From NCBI GenBank assembly GCA_050011565.1, contig JBEKIW010000004.1, positions 64,001 to 128,000 of the forward strand: a stretch of 64,000 nt of DNA, read 5' to 3'. Both the position numbers and the translations under genes were made by a program. A model generated the notes under the pieces. That model was not told the DNA's origin, ran no database searches, and saw only the letters and a list, made by a program, of their open reading frames with translations. Position 1 is the first letter of the stretch; each line of letters starts with the position of its first letter. The stretch comes from Dehalococcoidia bacterium. GTDB lineage: Bacteria; Chloroflexota; Dehalococcoidia; GIF9; UBA5629. Below are positions 58,990 through 64,000 of this stretch, one piece after another.

Positions 58990-59658
58990 ATGGGTACTGT
59001 ATCGAAAGCTAAAATGGAAGCTAAAAACCTGATACCACCGTTTATCTCAGAGGTCAAGGGATTTCTTGACGAGGACGAGGGCTTAAGGTTGTTTGAACTG
59101 GCCTCCGAAGCTTGTTCGCTTGGCCCCTGTCTCGAGATTGGCAGCTTTTGTGGGAAGTCCACTATATATATTGGGACTGCCTGTAAAATAAAGGGGAGGA
59201 CGTTGTTCTCAATCGACCATCATCGAGGTTCGGAGGAACAACAACCCGGCCAGCCTTACTTCGATTCTGACCTTATGGATAGCGAGTCCGGCCTGATTGA
59301 CAGCCTTCCTTATTTTCGTGCCGTCATAAAAAAGGCCGGATTGGACGATGTTGTGGTGCCCATGGTAACCAAATCCCATGTCGCAGCTAAAGATTGGGAG
59401 ACGCCTTTGGGCTTAGTGTTCATAGACGGTGGCCACAGCTACGAAACAGTTATTACAGACTATGAGTGCTGGTGTCCGCATTTGCTGCTTGGTGGGTTCC
59501 TTGTCTTCCATGACGTCTTTTTAGACCCGGCTGAAGGCGGGCGGGCTCCTTATGAAGTTTACAAGCTGGCGCTGGCCTCAGGTCAGTTTGAAGAACTGCC
59601 GATGACGAAGACATTAGGTGCGCTACGGTATTGCCAGCCCATGATGGTCAAGAAGTAG
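58990..59658 (+). CDS. Class I SAM methyltransferase (Methyltransf_24-type; MeT1-like)
   Basis: KGF...EG..L, EIGS.CGKST, IDHHRGSEE, FIDGGH and HDVF motifs. Confidence 0.8.
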   Translation: MGTVSKAKMEAKNLIPPFISEVKGFLDEDEGLRLFELASEACSLGPCLEIGSFCGKSTIYIGTACKIKGRTLFSIDHHRGSEEQQPGQPYFDSDLMDSESGLIDSLPYFRAVIKKAGLDDVVVPMVTKSHVAAKDWETPLGLVFIDGGHSYETVITDYECWCPHLLLGGFLVFHDVFLDPAEGGRAPYEVYKLALASGQFEELPMTKTLGALRYCQPMMVKK

Positions 59659-60654
59659 ACTTGTCGCCGACATAGGCCGGAGCATATCGGCCGCTAGGAC
59701 TACCGCTGCCGATGTCCAGGTTGGCTTTTCTTCAGGCCAGATCTCCTTGGTTGGCAATGCTATGCCGTAGAAGTAGGCGCCGTCATCATCCCGCAACTGG
59801 TGAATCCAATTATAAACAGTTGCCGAGTCTTTGTATTCGCCGTGTACAGCCAGGGCAATAGACAGCTCACTTGTTTCAGCGGCCGTGACCCATCCCTGTT
59901 CCAGGCTACAGAGACAGCCAAATCCATCGATGACGAATTTATCCCACCAACTGGACAAACGACGCTTGGCATCGTCGCCGTCGACGACACGGCACATCGC
60001 CGGGTAATACCAGTCCATAGCAAATGTAAATCTATTTTCCTGCGGTGTGGTAAGTACACAGGGCAGTTTATTAATTGCTTTTACCAGAGCGGCATTTGCC
60101 ATTTTCCAGTCAGTTCTGTCCTCCTCCAAGATTGAGGCAATAGAAAGAGCGCTCTTAATACTCAAATATGTTGAGCTACAACTACTTATTAATGCCGTGG
60201 GATATATAGTGCCGGCGCTATCTCTAGCCCAGTAGATTTCGCCATTAGGTCCTCTCATATCTAGTACGAAGTCGATAGCAGCCCGTACAGCCGGCCACAC
60301 CTTCTTGAGAGAAGCAACATCACCGGTGCTCAGGTAATGGTGCCATACCCCTACGGCAATATATGAAATGCTATGTGAAACCTTGTAGGTTTCAAGCGGT
60401 TCACCATCTTTGTACGACGCATACCAGCTCCCATCCTCAAGTTGAATTTCGGATAGCCACTCATAGGCTCGCCGTGCTTCGCCATGAAAATTCCCCACAT
60501 CTAACGCCATCGCGTTTTCAACATGTGTCCACGTGTCTGTAATCCCCCCCTGGAACCAGGGGATTGAGCCATCTGCCTGTTGTACGTCCACTATGGAGCC
60601 AACCGTAGGGTTCAGATATTCTCGTGAGAGATAATTATCAAGCTTCAACGTCAT
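59623..60654 (-). CDS. (alpha/alpha)-toroid protein, usually annotated prenyltransferase-like; MmpH-like glycoside hydrolase candidate
   Basis: Q..DGSIPW, D.W.HVE.AMAL, Q..DGSW, YIAVGVWHH, MDWYYP, WVT.AE..E and WTSAAV motifs. Confidence 0.7.
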   Translation of the reverse strand: MTLKLDNYLSREYLNPTVGSIVDVQQADGSIPWFQGGITDTWTHVENAMALDVGNFHGEARRAYEWLSEIQLEDGSWYASYKDGEPLETYKVSHSISYIAVGVWHHYLSTGDVASLKKVWPAVRAAIDFVLDMRGPNGEIYWARDSAGTIYPTALISSCSSTYLSIKSALSIASILEEDRTDWKMANAALVKAINKLPCVLTTPQENRFTFAMDWYYPAMCRVVDGDDAKRRLSSWWDKFVIDGFGCLCSLEQGWVTAAETSELSIALAVHGEYKDSATVYNWIHQLRDDDGAYFYGIALPTKEIWPEEKPTWTSAAVVLAADMLRPMSATSLLLDHHGLAIP

Positions 60655-60680
60655 TTGGATTGCTCCTTAGGTATTATATC

Positions 60681-61931
60681 TTATTGTGCCTTAAAACTCC
60701 TTTGGCGCTCAATAGCTTCTCCATAGACCTCAGCGGTATGTACAGCGGTGTTTTTCCAGTTAAACATCCCCATTACACGTCTATGTCCCATTTCAGCGAG
60801 GTGTGTGCGCTTATCCGGGTTATCCAGCAGGCCTGAAATTGCCTGGACCAGCGCACCGGTATCAGCCGGAGGTACGAGTATGCCGGCATCTCCAACAATC
60901 TCGGGTAGAGCGCCGGCAGTTGTCGAAATTACGGGTGTTCTACAGCACATGGCCTCAGCCGCCGGCAAGCCAAACCCTTCGTAGACAGACGGCACCACCA
61001 CCATTGTAGCCGTGGAGTAGTGCCGTACCAGTTCATCGGTGGCTATCTGACCTAGATGCGTAACGCAATCAGCTATACCTAAGCTATCGATTAGGCCCTG
61101 CGTGTAGCCGTTTTTCATTGGCTTCCCGACTATAGTGAGCTCTATTTTTCGTTCTAGCTTTAATGCGGCCACAGCTTCCAGCAGGTATTTCAGCCCTTTC
61201 AAAGGTGTATCTCCGCTGTTGATTACAAGCAGGCGATTTATCGAGCGTTTAGTGTCCGTAGCTTGATTGAATACGGAGCTATCAACCCCGTCATAGATTA
61301 CCCGGAGACTATCCTCCGGCAATTGGAAAATGTCGATTATCTGGCGATAAGAATTTTGAGAGCCGGTTATGAAGTGCGAAAGTTTCTTAGCCACTTTAAT
61401 TTGCATATTAGCAAACGCGTACCATCTCCTGATACCCATTTTTTGCCATAAGGACTTAGCTGCTTTGATAGCCAGGTCCCGGTCGATGGCAATAGGGTGA
61501 TGAATGGTGGTTACTACAGGAATACCTAGTTCCTGTATTTTGGGTATGCTGTAAGACAAACTCTGATTGTCGTGAATGACGTCATATTTCTTATACCGGT
61601 TGCCGTTTCGTAAATAACTATAGGCACGCATGCCGAAGGTAAGTGGCTCGGTAAAAAATCCACAGCATTCACCCAGCCATTCAACGAAGTTAGGCGAGGA
61701 GGTTAGTCTTTTAGGATTTATTAGAAAACGTTGCTTTTCCGGTAATGAATACAGGTCGAGGCTGGGCAGTTTGATTAGCTTTATGCCATCATCAAGTTCC
61801 GGGTAGGGTGGGCCGGCAATTACCTCTATATCATGACCGAGTTCTCTAAGAAAACGACTTAGATAGCGGACGTAGATGCCTTGTCCGCCTGAATAGCGAT
61901 AACATCTATAACTGAGCAAGCAGATGTGCAT
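60681..61931 (-). CDS. GT4-family glycosyltransferase (ManT-like, copy 2)
   Basis: LLSYR...SGGQGIY, GPPYP, HDNQSL, TIHHP and EGFGLPAAEAM motifs. Confidence 0.9.
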   Translation of the reverse strand: MHICLLSYRCYRYSGGQGIYVRYLSRFLRELGHDIEVIAGPPYPELDDGIKLIKLPSLDLYSLPEKQRFLINPKRLTSSPNFVEWLGECCGFFTEPLTFGMRAYSYLRNGNRYKKYDVIHDNQSLSYSIPKIQELGIPVVTTIHHPIAIDRDLAIKAAKSLWQKMGIRRWYAFANMQIKVAKKLSHFITGSQNSYRQIIDIFQLPEDSLRVIYDGVDSSVFNQATDTKRSINRLLVINSGDTPLKGLKYLLEAVAALKLERKIELTIVGKPMKNGYTQGLIDSLGIADCVTHLGQIATDELVRHYSTATMVVVPSVYEGFGLPAAEAMCCRTPVISTTAGALPEIVGDAGILVPPADTGALVQAISGLLDNPDKRTHLAEMGHRRVMGMFNWKNTAVHTAEVYGEAIERQRSFKAQ

Positions 61932-61989
61932 TTGACAATTCGCCTGAATGTAAGGTTATCAAAGCAAAGAAGCACAAAAATCCGAGGAC

Positions 61990-62018
61990 ATTTTACCTGT
62001 GTTGGCTAGATATATCAA
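61990..62018 (-). promoter_or_regulatory. Promoter of GT4 copy 2
   Basis: TTGATA-17 bp-TAAAAT. Confidence 0.65.
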
Positions 62019-62122
62019 TAGGCTGTAAGGGTCAGGTACGTTGGTCACTCTTTGGCCTTCTTCCCGGCCAGCGACGCGACTTTCAATATGTACCCTTTTT
62101 TACTGCCTCTCGCGAAAAGAAA

Positions 62123-63373
62123 CTAGGCATTCCTATTCATGTATTTTTGGAAGTCGATTGCCTCGATATAGACATCCGCCGTGTGTTTGGCTGTATTCCG
62201 CCAGTTGAACCTCTGTACTATCCTGCGTCGCCCTATCTGGCTGAGGTGTTTACGTTTGTCCGGGTTGACTATAAGCGTCGAAATGGCATTGACAAGAGCT
62301 TTCGCGTCGGCTGGTGGCACCAGTATACCGGCGTCCCCCACAACCTCAGGCAGGGCGCCGGCAGTTGTCGAGACTGTCGGAGCGCCGCAAGCCATGGCCT
62401 CAGCAGCCGGTAAACCGAAACCTTCATACACCGACGGTACGATTACCAGCCCGGCCAGTCGGTACTGGTTCACAAGCTCAGGAGTGTCAATCTCATCGAT
62501 GAACTTTACATAATCTCTAATGCCAAGCGTATTGATAAGTCTCTGCGTAGTGCGGTTATCTGTTCCTTTTGCCACTACTATTAGCTCAAGGTCGTGTTTC
62601 TGACGCAGTACAGCCAGCGCTTCCAGCATAAATCTTAGACCTTTGACGGGTGTATCTCTGCTGATAACAACCAGGAGCCTGTTATCGAGGCGGGAAACCT
62701 TTGTAGACGGGCTGAAAATATCGGTGTCAATCCCATTGTATACGACCCGTAGCTTGTCTTCAGATATTCTGAACGTGTCAGCGATATGCTGGCGGGCAGT
62801 CTGTGAAACCGTAATGATGTGAGAAAGCCTGCGAGCTACTTTCATCTGCATGTTGATGAAGGAGAACCATCTCCTGAGGCCTAACTTATCTTTAAGTGAA
62901 GTTGCTGACTGAACGGCTAAGTCACGGTCAATGGTCACCGGGTGATGGATGGTTTCGACAACAGGCAATCCGAGTTCCTGAATTTTAAGGATGCCGTATG
63001 ACATAGTCTGATTATCATGGATGATGTCGTATTTATTGTTTCCACCCTGACGCATAAGGTCGTAGGCTCGCATACCGAAGGCCAGAGGTTCCGAGAAGTA
63101 ACCACTCATGGTGCCCGCCCATTCGACCAGGCTGGCATATGTATTTAATTTTCTGGGATCAATGAACAGGCGTCGCACGGATGACATTGAGTAAAGGTCA
63201 AGGCTCGGCAACTTAATAAGTCGCACTTCGTCGTCCAATTCGGGATAGGGTGGTCCAGAAACCACGTCAACCTGGTGACCGAGGTCGCGCAGTGACCGGC
63301 TTAAGTAGCGAAGATAAATGCCCTGGCCTCCTGAATAGCGATAACTTCGGTAGCTAAGCAAGCAGATACGCAT
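62123..63373 (-). CDS. GT4-family glycosyltransferase (ManT-like, copy 1)
   Basis: Same motifs and same 416-aa length as the adjacent paralogue. Confidence 0.9.
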   Translation of the reverse strand: MRICLLSYRSYRYSGGQGIYLRYLSRSLRDLGHQVDVVSGPPYPELDDEVRLIKLPSLDLYSMSSVRRLFIDPRKLNTYASLVEWAGTMSGYFSEPLAFGMRAYDLMRQGGNNKYDIIHDNQTMSYGILKIQELGLPVVETIHHPVTIDRDLAVQSATSLKDKLGLRRWFSFINMQMKVARRLSHIITVSQTARQHIADTFRISEDKLRVVYNGIDTDIFSPSTKVSRLDNRLLVVISRDTPVKGLRFMLEALAVLRQKHDLELIVVAKGTDNRTTQRLINTLGIRDYVKFIDEIDTPELVNQYRLAGLVIVPSVYEGFGLPAAEAMACGAPTVSTTAGALPEVVGDAGILVPPADAKALVNAISTLIVNPDKRKHLSQIGRRRIVQRFNWRNTAKHTADVYIEAIDFQKYMNRNA

Positions 63374-63430
63374 TTACACTAACCGCCTCAATATTAAACA
63401 GAGTCGATGAAAAACAGAAAAACTGATGAC

Positions 63431-63459
63431 ATTTTACCCGTGCCTGCCACGCTTATCAA
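63431..63459 (-). promoter_or_regulatory. Promoter of GT4 copy 1
   Basis: TTGATA-17 bp-TAAAAT, followed by the same GTC as copy 2. Confidence 0.65.
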
Positions 63460-63476
63460 AATGTATTCGCGGATAG

Positions 63477-64000
63477 TCACAGAATATGTGTCAGGAGGAC
63501 TCTGAGGCCAATGGCAATAAGAATGACGCCCCCTATAGCCTCGGCGTATTTACCTAACCAGGTACTTACTTTTCTCCCCAGTGTAAAGCCGGCTATGGTG
63601 ACGCCGAAGGCCACCACTCCAATGATTGAGCAAGCGATAGCGATGTTTACCTCAAGAAAGGCAAATGTCAGTCCGACTGCAAGGGCATCTATGCTCGTGG
63701 CAACTGCCAGAGTCACCAGAATAAGGCCTTTGCTAATGTCGACTCTCTTTTGACTGTCCGAGTGATGAAACGATTCCCATATCATTCTGCCTCCGACTAG
63801 CGCCAGCAAAATGAAGGCCACCCAGTGGTCGTAGCCTGAGATAAAATTTACGACAGTCCGTCCTGCCAACCATCCCAAAGCCGGCATAATGGCCTGGAAA
63901 GCTCCGAAGGTAGCTGCAGTACGCAGTATTGGGGCGAAAGAAAAGGTTTTTATGTAGATACTGCCGCTAAGGGCTACAGCAAAACAATCGGCAGACAACG
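63477..64000 (-). CDS. mntP: Manganese efflux pump, 5' end beyond the window
   Basis: LSADCFAV, FQAIMP..GW, DHWVAF.LL..VG.RMI and ATSIDALAVG motifs. Confidence 0.9.
   Translation of the reverse strand, partial: LSADCFAVALSGSIYIKTFSFAPILRTAATFGAFQAIMPALGWLAGRTVVNFISGYDHWVAFILLALVGGRMIWESFHHSDSQKRVDISKGLILVTLAVATSIDALAVGLTFAFLEVNIAIACSIIGVVAFGVTIAGFTLGRKVSTWLGKYAEAIGGVILIAIGLRVLLTHIL

Noticed and set aside
59623-60654. Squalene-hopene cyclase or true prenyltransferase
   Set aside because: Only 343 aa, no DXDD motif, and the neighbours are sugar-modifying enzymes.

Overview
Bacterial chromosome segment, most consistent with an anaerobic Chloroflexota of class Dehalococcoidia. This is an inference from the long N-terminally extended GreA, the membrane-anchored IPT/TIG surface proteins, the rpsB-tsf-pyrH-frr-cdsA-dxr-rseP-ispG-proS order and frequent TTG starts. 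Bases 1-27.8 kb are mostly core: thrS-infC-rpmI-rplT-pheST, proS to rpsB, an acyl-CoA dehydrogenase pair, greA, speB and an SpeD-like gene, cinA, TPP riboswitch-thiC and tRNA-Asp. Bases 27.9-53.9 kb form an accessory block between convergent tRNA-Asp and tRNA-Pro. It holds acyl-CoA ligases, an HMGS-like/DUF35 fusion plus thiolase, a split LIV-type ABC transporter with PsbP-like accessory domains, an R-M remnant, palindromic repeats, proteases plus a serpin, and a CoA-transferase. Bases 54-64 kb hold a PPIase, hom, thrC, folE and mntP, plus a methyltransferase / (alpha/alpha)-toroid / two-GT4 cluster that resembles the mycobacterial methylmannose-polysaccharide (MMP) genes. That cluster is the top candidate for a novel system. 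All calls come from reading the sequence by eye; no searches were run.
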